NCBI GenBank assembly: GCA_000708835.1
Contig: DF237250.1
Span: 1 to 64,000, forward strand
Direction: 5' to 3'
Origin: Klebsormidium nitens
Taxonomy: Eukaryota > Plantae > Klebsormidiophyceae
DNA: 64,000 bases
This document shows positions 31,518 through 45,300 of the stretch, piece by piece. Under the pieces are notes generated by a model. That model did no database searches. It had not been told where the DNA came from and worked only from the letters and a program-made list of their open reading frames with translations. Within the stretch, counting starts at the first letter, position 1. Each line of letters opens with the position of its first letter. The position numbers and the translations under genes are program-made.

Positions 31518-33266
31518 GTTGGCGGCTTCAAAATGCAGGCGCTGGACATGCCAATGGCGCAGGCATGTGGTGGAGCTCTCACGTCTTACTATACTGAGCG
31601 TAAAGACCGACACTTTGATGAGACTATCGGAATTTTAGTTATAGCTTTATATCTGTTGAGTATCGCAGGGAGTCAGCCTTCGCTGTCTTGACCGATTGGA
31701 GAGTGGTGGTCTCAGAAGACGGAAATGCAGTCATAAGCAGTCATGTGCTCTGTAGAAACGCTCAAGTGTAAGCCAACCAGTGTTAGGGTAGGCGATGCTA
31801 GTCACGTTTATACTTGTGATATATGTTAAACCTTTTTTATAACCCGTGTCTCGCATCGACCCTTGAGTTACTTGTTCAAAGGGTCCGTTGAGATACCCAT
31901 TGCTTCGATTTGCAAAGTCTTGTGCAAAGTTTGAGAAGCCTGCGTGGTAGGTCCCCAGCCTCAAATCAATATGATTGACAGACATTGGAAACGCATATGG
32001 CAGGCTTGAAGTCAATGCAATTGATCGTGAACGAGTCAATCTGGTAGTGGGCCGCACGCAGCATGCGACTGTTAAGCAATTCGACTTTCATACAATCTTC
32101 AAAACGCGGCCAAGCTGGCAAGAGTCACGGTTTCTGATGCATCACCCGGAGCTGAGCAGAAGGCCTCCTTTTGAGCATTTGCAGGGTTGAGACATGTAGG
32201 TATAAAGCTTTTGCTGCTTTTGCTCAATCGCGCTCATTCACACGTACGATGTGGTGCACGCGTTCGGAAAGAATTGCAGCCCTAGCTATAGTTGCAAGAG
32301 AGGACGAGGCACGCTCAATATCCTAATAACTTGGCCAGCAGCGTGATCGGTCATGATGCATTTGCCGTGATAAGATAACCTACTAGACCGTCATTGTACT
32401 TTGTGATGATATCATTCAAAGACGCGTGGCGGCACACTTTTCTTAAGATAAGAAGTAAGCGAATACATCTAGAAGACTAGCTAATGTGTACTAATGCCAC
32501 GTACAAAACTGAGCTCTTGTCAATTGTTCCCGGCTGCTCCGCAATGGTAAGAGGAACCGGCTGACCGTGGGGCGCGCGCGTGCCGGTGCGCACTAGTTGC
32601 TCCGACGGTCGTGAAGTGGAGGTGGGGGTTGCGATTTCAACCGCTCATTGATCTGACGCCGTCCGATCTGCGTTTTGACGTTGTACCGACGGTGTGCAAA
32701 GGTTCTTTGTGCATGGTTTCAGGTTTGTGGTCATGCAGCAACGAGGAGTCACTGTTGCTGAGTCAGAATCTCGCGGGTAGGTGTTCTTCAGTTTCATGGT
32801 TTGAACACTGAGCAACACTACCGTAGGTAGTTAGCGGACTTCCCCCAGAAGTGACGGCACTGAACAGTTACAGTCGAAGTTTACTCTCCAGTAGCCAATG
32901 CGCACAAGCTGATCAGTTGATCATTTCAAGTTGGGGAGTGACTCGTGCTCAACGCAGCGCAGTGTTGCCAATCTGCCTGCAAGCCCTTTTCGCAGAAGGA
33001 TTGTCAGCTCAGGCGCTCCTTCTTCAGGATTGTGAGCTGGGGAATTGAGAGGTGAGTTAATAATCGACCAAATGCCGCCCGTTTCTATTGGTACGAAGAG
33101 GTGGTTCTGATTCTGACCACTCTGTGCTTGCGAAGCAGCTCACGTGTGTCGCAACTGGGTCAGAGAAGATCCATCATAGTCATGAGATTCAAGAGCAGGA
33201 AGTGCTAAAAAGTTGATTGCATTGAAAAAGTGGTTGAAATGAGAAGACCCTCAATGCAGGACCAAA

Positions 33267-36200
33267 ATGGCTCTTTGGAGGTTTGCCTTGTTGAGCATCT
33301 GCTTGATGCAAGCAAGTGAGTTTTCAGGTCTTGTACCCCTTTATCAAGTGGCCTTGAATCTGTTGCACTCAACTGGCTTTGTGGATACTTCTTCTCCAAA
33401 AATGCAAACACATCCTTTTGACAGTGCCAGACTAGGAGAGCTGCTTTTATAAGAATCTCGGTGGGAAACATGATAGGTTCTAGTGATCAGCGTTGACCTA
33501 GAAGAAAAAGAATCCTATTGTGAAAGGGTTGTCAAAGTGGAATCTTGAGGAGCTTTCTGCTCGCTTGTTAAACAGTAACTATTGCACCTCACTTGCAAGA
33601 CAGGTGCCAGCTTTGGAGCAACATATGCAGCTGCTTCTTTGAGTCCAAAATGATCCAGCTGGTAGTATTCACTTTGTCAAATTCCATGTCATGCAGTCAC
33701 GTCCTCCCAAGCAGACCATGAAAGAAGGCTTCTGCAGGGTAAGTAACAGAAAATTGTCTTTGTACTACCTCAGCATCAGGTAGGAATCCTTGTGAGCAGA
33801 TTCGAATCCAATCCTTGCCTGGAATTTGTGGATGGTCTTTCATGAACTATCTTTAGTATGCAATTTGCACACCGGGTTAAGGAGATGTTACTTACCAGAG
33901 CTTGTAGAGGTTTCTTGCAATTGTCCTGGTGTGCTTAGAAGGCTTCCAAGCTGCCTTCGGTTTCTTCATCTAACAATTTATTTCCTCTGTCCAGCACCAG
34001 CACCAGCACCAGACTCACCAGCACCCGGACCTAATGGACCTGCTCCACCAGGTAGGCCTTCCTTCATATGCAGCTTAAGGCAATGTCTTCCAAAGAAGGG
34101 AAATTGGTTTTCAGATTCGGCCCCTGCTCTTCCATTCAGCCGGCAATCTTCATGGATGCAATTACCACTAACTTGACAAACTAAGAAACTGCTTAGTGCA
34201 GATCGTAAAAAGCAATCAAGCTCTCTACTCGAGCTGCAAATTACTTGGAAACAGCACAGCAAAACTCTGACTATCATTCCATTCTACTCCTGAATGCAAT
34301 CGCGATTTCATTGAGGAGAGAATGCATTTTGGCCGCAGGGGCTTGCCTCGGCGACTTTTCCTTCAGCGTGCTGCAACCAAATCAAGTTACCACGCTGTTG
34401 GGAGATTGCCTTGTTGGTAACGTGGCAACTGCAAGCCAAGACTGTTGTGAAAATATTCAATTTCTAGGTAAGGACGCAATCACACTGAAACTTCCTAGAT
34501 GGATGGTGAGCTTCTTGTATAGTAGAAGACTTGCTTCAAAGCTCTGAGTGAGGTTGCGCAACTTTTCCTTTCGCTTAAAAGCAGATGATGATGGGAGATG
34601 CTCCTTTTCCACGGAAACTGCTATATGACCTCATAGGTTCGCCTAAGGTTCAACCAGACTCTGTTTCGTATATCGATGTTAACGAAGCTTTTGCTTGTTC
34701 ACAGGGCTTGCTCTTTTGGCCTTGAACTCCCAGTCAAACAGGTGAGAAGCTTGCACCCTTCTGCACAGAAGAGGACACTTTCTTAGCTCATTCTCATGAT
34801 GGTCATTGGTTGCATAAAATGAAGTGCTTGTACTTTCAGCAACTTTTGCGGAGCCATGACCCCATCTGCCAACTTGCGTGATGACTTTTGGGAGCTAATT
34901 ATCCCTCTCTCCAAACTCCAGCAACATCTATGCCATCACTGCCGACAATCCTGCCGGTCAGAATATCGCCTGCGTCAACGACTTCAAGACAAATGTCCTG
35001 ACCCCGAACAATGTCAACATTCCGTCCGATGTGAACACCTTCTGCGCGCCATACAATGTCGAAGTGTTTCCGAACATCGAAACGACACTGCAAGGTAAGC
35101 ATGTTGCATTGGCAACGCGGCTAGTAATACCCGTGATAGTGCATCTTTTGAAAAATGCGTCTCTATTTTCTTTGAAAGCCAAGGTAATCATGCTTTCAAG
35201 ATACGGGGCAATCATTTCTAGGACGCCCTCTTGCCAAGGCACTCGTTGATTGTACTCGTCTTCCAGGTTCTGCATGCCCCATCAAGGACGCCGACACAGT
35301 GTCAAGGACGGTCGACCTCAACGCGCTGGCTACAGCCTGCTACGGGCCCAACAGCTGTGAAACGGCTACAGCTGAATCAGGTACGGGGTACGCCTAATCA
35401 CTTTTTAGAAACTCTTGCTGCGTCCGCGAACTTCATCTGCAGTATGAAAGGGCTTTTGATGAGCTTCGCTTTGAAGATGTTGTCCGAAGGCCAGAGGATG
35501 ACTTCGAATGCAATCAAGGCGATTGCTGACCTAGTCCGTGTCTTTCCCTGTTCCGTGCAGGGCTTACCGTCTGTGAAAATGCGGTTGTTGCGGGAGCAAG
35601 GGACCTTGCGACGGATGATACCAACACAGCCCAGGTCACCGCTTGCGCAGAGGTCGTCAGTGCACGACTTGTGCAGACGCATTTCTATGAGAGCTACTAC
35701 TCTATCATCCAGGACTGCGGAAACGGGACTGCGGTGAGCATCTTGCCTGTCGATCCTCTTTTGAGCATGTCGGATCAAAGTTCATCCTGTCAAGTAATTG
35801 CCGCACGTCCTGACAAATGTTTGATCTGATCCATGTACATGAGGATCTCAGAAGGAGGAAAGGCGTCGAACGAAACTTCCGGTCCTTGCGGGCGTCATCA
35901 TGGATCGGGTTTCGTTCGCTCACCCTCTTGACTGACTTATGACCTTGTCGTCCTTACAGAACACGGCTCTTCCCCCTACGCTGGAGTTCGCACAGTCACC
36001 CACCAACACATTCAGCCTCCCGCCCCTGCCCCCGCGTCCCCCGACTCCGGCTCCCGCTCCGTCCCCCAACAAGCAGTCACCGGGACCCGCACCCGGTCCG
36101 GCCCCTGGCCCGGCACCGGGCCCCGCCCCCGGCCCTGCTCCCGGCCCCGCAAACTCGACTTCTCCCCCTCCCCCGGCGGTTGTCTCGCCTCCTCCCCCAC

Positions 36201-36277
36201 CCGGTGCTGCAGCCAGCACAAGCGCCAACCTGGGACTTCTCGTTGGCATTGTCCTGCTCATCGCTTCCATCTTGTAA
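33267..36277 (+). CDS. Probable secreted, GPI-anchored Cys-rich (SPARK-domain-like) protein with Pro-Ala (AGP-like) linkers
   Basis: Signal-like MALWRFALLSICLMQA then GTGAGT donor. Exons PAPAPAPDSPAPGP (~33995-34050), GACLGDF..QDCC (~34341-34467), ~34921-35094, SACPIKD..DLNALATAC (~35268-35381), CENAVVAGA..CAEVVSARL..QDC (~35561-35732). Last exon has PAPG repeats and a hydrophobic C-terminus. Confidence 0.6.
36080..36151 (+). repeat. Coding 12-bp tandem repeat (PGPA)x6
   Basis: CCGGGACCCGCA CCCGGTCCGGCC ... encodes PGPAPGPAPGPA... Confidence 0.9.
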
Positions 36278-37531
36278 GCAGGTTTACAGAACCCATGAGG
36301 AGCGATAGATGTAGGTTAGCATGAGCGACAGAGCCGAGGTACACGTTAGAAAGTGCTCGAGTAAGTAGAGGCATTGACTTCGACGAGCACCACATATTGC
36401 GCCACTATGCATGTAGATTGAAGCTTCAGTTGATTCATTTCCAGAGATCTCTCTGTTAAGATACTTACGATCTGCACCGCTTAGACTTCTGGCGAGAGAA
36501 GTAGCATGCCTGACAGCTCCGTGCCTCGAGTTGTCTTGTTTGTGGTGCCATAGATGATTACTCAACCGTTACCTTTACGAAAGAAACTTTTGTGACGGCC
36601 GGCACTGAGTGACACGTGATCGTCAAGACTCCAGCTGTTTTTTGAGGCGGCCGGATGGTCATCACGTGCCATTTCAAGGTTTCGAGCGCAGAGACCGGTT
36701 CTATGGCTTGCCAAACATGTGTTGAGGGAACTTTGTTGGTGTTCATCATGCATGATTAGAGTGACTCGCTTCTCATCATGGGGTCGATGGCCGACCGCAA
36801 CCTAGGTATGACGTTTTCAGCCTTGCGAGCTTGCCGGCGGCCGGCCGGATCGAGCTTCGGACGAAGCCGGGGTATATATACCGTATATGTCACCAACAGT
36901 GGAGAGGTGCAGAGCGCATGAGTGTATCGTGCCAAAGGTCAGGAGGTTCAGCAATCCTTCAGCCAAACTGTTGATAACTTAGTATAATACCATGTGCTAC
37001 TGCATGTAGTTCTCGTTTAAATAGACCATACAGGAGACATACGCATCGATCGCGCTCAACGCTCATGGCATGCACGACATACTCTCTTATAAAGCGGCGT
37101 GCGGGCTGAAAATTTTGGGCCCTAGGTGGTCCTACTTTGGCGAGATCTGGCAGCACGTTGCCTGCCGGGGCCTGCGTTGAAATCCAAGGCCATGACTTAC
37201 ATGAATGCATTTTAGTGACAGTGACGCAGGGTCACAGCTAGAAAAGCCAATCAACTGAGTCAGTCCGATCGCAGGTCAGGCTAACTTAACTTTTGATGTG
37301 TATGTACCAAGATGCGGCCGTCTCTAGCTAGCTCTCTAGAACATTTGCAACGAATCGGCCGAAGAATCTGGAAACCCTCGAACTAGGCACCTTGCTACTC
37401 CGGAAGCGCTCAGGCTTTCAAGTTTGTTTGCGTCTTTATAAATCAATGTTCGCACTAAGCAAGTCGTATTAAATCCTAGGTTAAAACGAATAACGACGAT
37501 TCATCAAAGGCTTTCAGCCCGGTCAGAGCTA

Positions 37532-40500
37532 TCATTTTGTTGCCGGCACCTTCAACCTGTGCGTCCTAGCATATTCGACAAATCTTTCCAGGTCCTTCTG
37601 GATGATGCCCTCGACAATCGGTGTGAGACCCTGGCACACAAACAAGTGGTGTCAGCTTATAGCAGAAGCAACAGACAGATTGATAACTTGCCAGGGCCCC
37701 GGAAGCCGCCCGAGTACCAAAAAGACAGATATGGCATTTGAATACCGTCCCGCTGTCATGGATTGCAATCCTCGCCAAAAACCGTGAAGCACCCAAGTCC
37801 GTCAAGAATACCGAAGCAGAAGTCGAAAGCAGGCCTCCAAGCACACATCATAGGGAAAGCTCAAGTTGAGGGATGGCGATGCTGGAGTCGTCTGAATTGC
37901 CAAACGCACGCGCCCTTCTTTTCCCCGTTTCTTCCAGTCCAGGGAAGCGCACGCAACAGCGCTTTGAAAGAGACGACCGAAGCTCTGGACAACCATACGT
38001 CAAAAGGACGTGGCTCAGAACTCAATGAGCGTTTTGACAAGACTCGCGGGAACCAGTGAGCATTGGAGCTTTGTCGAAGTAACATAGTAATACCCGGGCA
38101 AAATTGACTCAAAAACGGATTGCGCAGTTGTTGCAGCGAGCTATCTCCCAACCAGGAGCATGCGCACAAGAACTGACGGTAAATGTCGCATCAGCTCCTA
38201 AAATCGGCATCGGACGCGCAAAGCTTCAAGAAACTGCATGCTCGGCCCGGCGAGAAAGAACTTCGGCCAATCTTCCATATGCATGGAAGCTCTCGAAGGT
38301 TTTCAGGGATCCCCCTTGGGCGCTCACCTGGGCCAGGGGCGCCAACACGCCCGGGACCTCGTACGATATCGTCATCTGCACGAGCCAGCGACTGACGTCA
38401 GGGTTGGCTGCGCAAACGTTAGCGGGACGTACCTCCGAGCAGGTTTCGTCGAGCGTTCGCAGTACCTTTATGCTGGCATGGTTCCGTGTAACGCTGCGGC
38501 TGAGTCGCTTTCTTACATACTTGTTCAAAGTTTGGCTTCCACGATGATGGAGAATGTTCGGTCATCGCCATGAAAGCATCTTTGTACGGACTGCCGCAAT
38601 TCTGGTCAGAGCTGTGTCGTTTCAAAAGCTCTGGAACCGAGTGGTTTCGCAAGGGCTGTAGCGACCGACCTTGATTTGGCAGCTTCCGTCCCGGTTCTTG
38701 TAAAAGCGGACCGCCCCTCTGCAACAGAATGCTCAGTGGTCAGATTGCAGACCCGAATTCAATCGACGAGCACTTAACCACTTTAAGAAGACTCTGGCAA
38801 CAGGATGCTCGTCTCAAATAAACGGAGCTAACCTCAGTCCTCTTCAGGGCCCAGAATGTCAAGCCCAACGAGTGGCGAGAGATGTTGTTCGGTGCCTTCT
38901 GCACCAGAGTCAACCGGGCCAACTCGAAAGAAAAGCCCAATTTGACCTTTGAGGTCGTCAAGTCCCTTCCAGCAGCGGAATCAGATAAAAGGTTCTGGCA
39001 GTGCGCCCAGTGAAAACACTTGATTTCCAACTTAAAGAAGTCTCAATCTGGAAGACAATCGTGCAATCCGAAGGCAAATCTCTGATCTTCGTTCAATGGA
39101 TTATCAAGGTATATCTCGCTGCCTTTTCAGAATAATCAAAAAGAATATCGAAAAACAAGCCTTCCTCCTCTGCTCGAGCTACCAAGACATTGATGCGGTA
39201 GCGACGGGCTGGGACAATGTGGGGCATGCGGATCCAGCGTCCAGAAATACAGTCTGGACGTCATTAGCAAGGAAGGATCACAAAAACGATTGAGATGGGC
39301 CTCAACGTGAATAGTTACTGCGACTGCAGTCCGGCTTTACAAGATCTACTGAGGCGGTTGAATATAAAGTATTGCGCAATTAGATGAAGGGACTGACGAG
39401 AACGTCAGGGTTTGTAAGAAGACTACTCGATAACCGACAGAACACAGGGCGGTTTGAACCCCTCAAATGCCACACGCCGGGGAGTCAATCATACCGAGAC
39501 TCTACTTTGACGTACCTGTTCGCAAGGCCGTCTACAGCCCGCCAGTGAATCTTCTGGTGGTGCAATGGCTGCATGTTGCGGGCAACCCAGGAAAACGTGA
39601 AGTCCTGATCAAAGGCGTTGTACTTAAGGGTCCAACGAGAGAGGTCGGGCGTGTCTTCGAGGACCTGAGAGAGAAAAGGAAAAAGTGTGTATTCTTAGAC
39701 GACTGTCGAAGAAGGGCTTGATACTCCCCGGTTGGGTGAGATCAGAAGCTGGTTACAATGCGAAGCTGTATTCCGTAGCCACCGGAATGTCGGGCAAGCC
39801 GACGATCGCCAAAAAAAACGTTTCAGAAATAAAAACTACCCCGTTTGGGGCCGTTCGCAGAACTGTCTCCGTGATCTGATCTGTACACTTTCAAAGCCCC
39901 CGGTGACGGCTTCTTCACGGACTGATAGCCACCTATTAACAAGAGTCCCACTGCCATAAGCGGAGAAATCTTCTGCGTTGTGAGAGCAATCTCGCGATTT
40001 GAAGATGAGTACGGGCGACGAAAGTAAACATAAAGTGGAGTATTGCCGTACGAGGTTGTACAAAGCATTCGTTGCTACCCCTTTGTGCGGATTCTTGCAG
40101 TAAAAGAAGACAATTACTCACCGGAGCATTGTTAAAGCTAAGCCAAAATTGAAAATAGCACATTATCGGAAATCTGCAAACTGCTGGTGCACTTGTGGTG
40201 CTCTCGACGTTCAGCCGATGCTAGTCTGCTTCAAGTCGTCTTGGTCTCAGCTGTCCCAAATGCTAGACCTGGTACACTTATCTGCCAGCCTGCAACAGAG
40301 GCCTTTTCCTACTCCAGTCAACTTCTGATGAGGAGCAGTGCCACGCACCTTCACTGAAGAGATCCAGGGCATCCATTGAGGGATCTTCTCACGGTCTATC
40401 CAGTGCTCCCAGCACTCCTCTAGTGGCACGTCAGCTCGAACCTCCGCACTGCAGATAGTTTCAGGACAAGGGTCTGGGGCCGGCTCGAGGTTATGACCAC

Positions 40501-41776
40501 TAGCTCACAGAGTCCATTTCTCAGTAATGTGGAAAGATCTTGCCGAGCCAAGGATCTTTGATTATATCCTGTGCTTAAGATATCGACTGCTGTCTCTCTG
40601 GGAAGCTGATCAACTTCTTGGATCAGATTCTTTCACTCCCTTCTCAAAGATTTCGTTTCATTCTTCAAGCAAACCTCTTCCGCAGGTCTTCATTCTTTCT
40701 CTTCAACTGGACGCCTCTTCAGCTCTGCGCTGCGTCAATCGTGTTTTGTTTCCGGAAGAAGCGTCATAGTGACCAACCTTCGTGCAACCTCCATTCTGGT
40801 GGTAAGCTCAAAGATGTGACAACTCAGAAGAAGTATTCTGACTTTGACATCAAAATCATGTCCTACCGGGCAGGCTCTGCAGATATCTGGTCCACGGGCA
40901 AACCGACTGATCAGCCTTTGGCCCAAGAAGCAATCGTGCAACTACATGGAGACACTATCAAGACACTCGCTCTGCATGCGGACCAGCAAGTCGCAAGCTG
41001 ATGCATTCTTAGAGTCTCACCAAGTGGATCATTGACCTACTCGTGTGAGCAACAGCGCCCGTGTATGTCTTCTTTAGCTCAAGCGGGGGCGCGCCAAGCC
41101 CTTAATCTGACATTGGTGACTATTCCAGCTTAGGTGTGTCACCCATGATCGAGATACTGCAGCTGCTCTGCAGTTGCCGCAAAGCAACCACCACCAGCTT
41201 CTTCAAAGACTGCCACCGAAGATCTAATCTCAGCTTCTCTTAGCAGCACTCATGTTCCCCGGGCCCATCAAAGGCATGGGCCGGATGTGATCATACAGTG
41301 ATGAGTACTGAGCACTAGGGTGCTTGAGGAATTGGCACCACCCAACACAAAGGCACGAGAAGTCCATACACTGATACAGCAGACTGGCCTCACCCAAGTG
41401 ATAAAAGCAGAAAAGAGAAAGTGCAAAGAATAGCTCACTTATTCTCCAGCCACTGAGCCATCACCCTCCCCTCATTCCCCTCAACTCGCATGGCTGGATG
41501 TAATCTTCCGCAGATGGCTGCCATTGAAGAATTGACGCTATGACGGCAGAACATACTACTTCTTAAGGATGGAGTTTGGAGCCTTCTAACCTCACTGCTT
41601 CTACATTGCTTCTGGACAGGGCCAATACGTGCAAGTCTGCTTGGAGCTGACGGGCGGGACAGTGTGCATGCGGGAGGACCTGGACTTCTCGGACTTGACC
41701 TGTTGCGCGCATCTGCTTGCGCAGGTGCGAAGGATAGCAGGCCGCTGCACCTTTGCAAACAGCCCGACAAAGCCAT
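37532..41776 (-). CDS. Plastid-targeted polyketide cyclase/dehydrase (SRPBCC) family protein, At1g02470-like
   Basis: Exons 41776-41439 (transit peptide..QWLEN), 40448-40349 (DREKIPQWMPWISSVK), ~39663-39518 (DLSRWTLKYNAF..SWVARNMQP..QKIHWRAVDGL), ~38715-38670 (GAVRFY), ~38375-38330 (TISYEVPGVLAP), 37630-37532 (LERFVEYA). Confidence 0.9.
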
Positions 41777-42329
41777 TGGGTGACGATTGAACTAGCCGAG
41801 AGATTCAGTGGAAGATGGTCCTGAAGAGAGCCCGATTGCAAGGCGCCTGCTGAAGGGTCCTCCCTTGTGTGCTTGAAGTTGTGAACTTGATGAAGCACCT
41901 TCCACCAATCAGTGCTGTCATGCACTCCCCCTGCGGGCCCTAGCCGCAGCATAGCTCGCATGCACTGACGCAAGGCTGATGTAAATAGGCTTCTGCTCAG
42001 ATAACGGCAGCCGTCTCGGTTGCCAAGACTGTAAAATGGCCCCGACAAACAGTCGGTAATCAAGAACCGCTAGAGCCGCCAGGCGTATTTACACCTCTTG
42101 AACAGTGGCCACTCTTCCGTCGTTCGACACGTAGATCTGCGCTGCAGTACAACTTCAAGCGGACCTTCAAGCTAGCGTGAGGTCTCTCAATTCGCAAGCT
42201 AGCTTATTTGGCCCTCCGTGTTTACATCTAGCTCATTATGTCATGATGCAGGCAGCAGCTAGATCTTCCTGTTAACTGCCCCCAATGCTGTGCCATCGGA
42301 GGAGTGGGTGCGTGTGATGAGGACTCCTC

Positions 42330-45300
42330 ATGACGGTTGCTGCAAGCGCCTTGGCGCGCACCCGACTCATCAGTAGAGGCCCTTGCTGTTTGGGGAGCCA
42401 ATTCAGCTCTAGAACGTCATCCTTTCGTGCACGCAATCTCAGCAGCTTGGAACGCAACTCGCATTCCAACTACACATGCTGCAAAGCTGCTTGTGGTTCC
42501 TGCATCTGCGGCGCCTCAGCTAGGCACTCCCTCATTATCAGATCAACTCTCTTGTCAAACAGTGGAGCTGGTCCCAGATTCTCGGATAAGAGCCTTGACC
42601 TCTACAAGCACCGTCTCTCGCATTCACAGGGTGTCTTCAGGGGAGAGCTCAGAAAGCACCACACCTGTGCTGCAATTGATGCAGCATTAGTGGAAGAAGA
42701 AGTAGAGAACGTAGGAGCCATGGTCGCAGATCCCTCGAACATGGACATCAAAGAAGCGGTCCCCATACCGAACACAAGGGTCGTTGTGCGGGATCAGGAG
42801 GGTCTGGACAGAAAGAAGCGGGCAATACGAGCTGCGGGGCCGCAGAGATTGCAAATTGTATCCGACTTTGATATGACGCTGACGCGCTTCAACGTCAATG
42901 GGAAGAAGGGCCAGAGTGAGTCTGTCTAATGACTTGAATTGTAACTGTAACAAGACTCAAACCACCACAGGCATGAAGACTCACGCTGCTAAAGTAAACT
43001 AATGAAGTGCATCATCCTACTCATTTGTTCGTTTGGTCGACTGAACGAGGGATTGGGAATGAAGCATTGAGGAAACTTGGATGATGAGCAACCAACATGC
43101 ACATCCTGGTATGCAGGTTGCCACTCGCTGCTCTCACAAAAGAACGACCAGTACAACCAGATGAGGCAGGACCTGTACAAGCACTACTACCCCCTCGAGA
43201 TTGATCAGAGCATCCCGTATGACAAGAAGGTCAAGCTGATGGAGGAGTGGTGAGCCTCTTTCGGCAGGTACCCCTGTTCTTACTCTTGCTGGGAAGCCCA
43301 AGAGGCGCAGCTACACTGCAAAAAAGGGGCACAAGGCCTATCCTGTTTTTGTATGAAGCAGAACTTTTGAAGGGGGGAATACGCAGTTCTTTTGACGATT
43401 GAAAAAGCAGTAGTATACAAACAGGTCGAATTTCCAGCAGCGACGCATTTAAAGGCTGCACTCAAGCGTTGCGGTTGGTCTGTCACAACCTGCTTCAAGT
43501 AAACATACGACTCACGAGCTTTCCTCGCACAACCTTGTCCATGCGCAGACTCCTTCATATTAGTATCTGATCCTGCAGCTCTCCAGCTTGAGTCGGACAA
43601 AATTGTCTCTTGACTGCTGTCTCGGAGACACGAGGATCAAATGGAAATGTAACCAGGTCCTGGCGACCTTGGAGCACAAAGAGCTGCAAAAGCAACGTCC
43701 CGCTTCTGTCAGAGTGCTCAGCTCGTTCCGTTCTGTTCCGTTTCCTTCAGGTACGAAAAGTCTCACGCCACCCTGCTGGAAGGCGGGCTCACGCTGGACG
43801 AGATTCGGGACTCAGTCGCAAACGCGAATGTGGCGTTTAGGGAGGAGACGGCGCAGCTGTTTGAGCTGCTAGACGTAAGCTCTGAACCCCTTTGTATCTG
43901 AGATGGAGCGATCAAAGGTGCAGGCTAGCCGAAGCATCAGCGTCGGCAATCCTTCTTTTATGCTGGGCTCAAACGGAGCTGGCAGTCGGTCACAGCTCCT
44001 TGCAGGTATCGTTTCGGCTCCACTCAAGCCCCCTGCCGATCGAGCTTAGGCCCCTTGATCCAATACTAAGTGAAGTCACAACTGGTTTGGCGTGGAAACA
44101 AGACGGAGTATTGCCCTCATCCTTGTTGCGGGCCTCCTTTCCGTCCTTATCCTTGTCGTGGGCCTCTGGATCACGTCGAAAGCCACCTTCTTCGCCAGGT
44201 TCAGGAGGCACCTAAAGCACGCCGAAGTACTCTATGAGTGCCCGTCATTGGAGCTTTGTCACGCCCGTTTAACGCTCACTGTGCACTCGAAAAGGGTTCC
44301 CGTCTCATTGTCCTTTGTAAGGTGGCGGACGCCTTAAAGGAGGTCCTCTTAATCAGAGCAGAGTGGGCATCTAATCAGATTTTGTACAAAGACAAAGCCC
44401 CGTAAGTGAACTGACCGACTTTTTGAAAGCCTCCGTTGTTTGCGTTGCAGTCGAAACGGGTCCCTGTCCTGATCCTCTCTGCGGGCTTGGCGAATGTGTT
44501 CGAGGAGTTTCTCTTAACCAGAGCTGAGGGGATGTTTATGCATACGTAAACCATGCATAAAGTCCCAGAACCTTAGCCTAACCAAACGGGTTCCCTTCCT
44601 GAATTCTTTGCGGGCCTGGCGGACGTTTTGGAGGAATACTTCTGAAGAAGGGTTGAGTGAGTAATCATGCAAACGTGAAAAAGAAGTGAAGCCCCGTAAG
44701 AACATGCTGACTAACTTTTCTTTGCAGTCGAAACGGGTCCCCGTCCTGATCTTCTCGGCGGGCCTGGCGGACGTGTTGGAGGAGGTCCTCCGGCAGAAGC
44801 TGCACCGCGCGTTCGGCAACATCCGGGTCGTGTCCAACCGCATGAAGTTCGACGAAGAAGGCCGGCTACAGAGCTTTGTCGGTAAGCGGACCAGCAAAGG
44901 GTGCGAGTTTCCTTTCCAAGCAAGAGCACACGAGCTTGCACTACTAACAATAAAGCCTGAGGGTCGGGGCTCACGAGCTACGGGGTCAGCAAAGCATTCT
45001 TACTTCTGATCTGTTGTTATTGAAGTTGAGATGCTGCCATCTGTTTGGGGGAGGTGTGTAGCCAGAGAAGCACGTGTTGCGTGCATGTTGCCACACATCT
45101 TTGGAACCGTCTACTCAGTGAGACTATGCTCTTTAGTTTGTCAGACCTTCATAGGTGCACGTTCTCTTTCGCCTGGGGCTACCAACAAAGGCCCTTTGTA
45201 CGCTCCTTTTAAGGCCACCTCCCTACTGTCCAACATCAGACGCAGTACAGGGTTGTGCTCTGCCTCTGTCACCCATACAGTCATATGAACATCAGACGAC

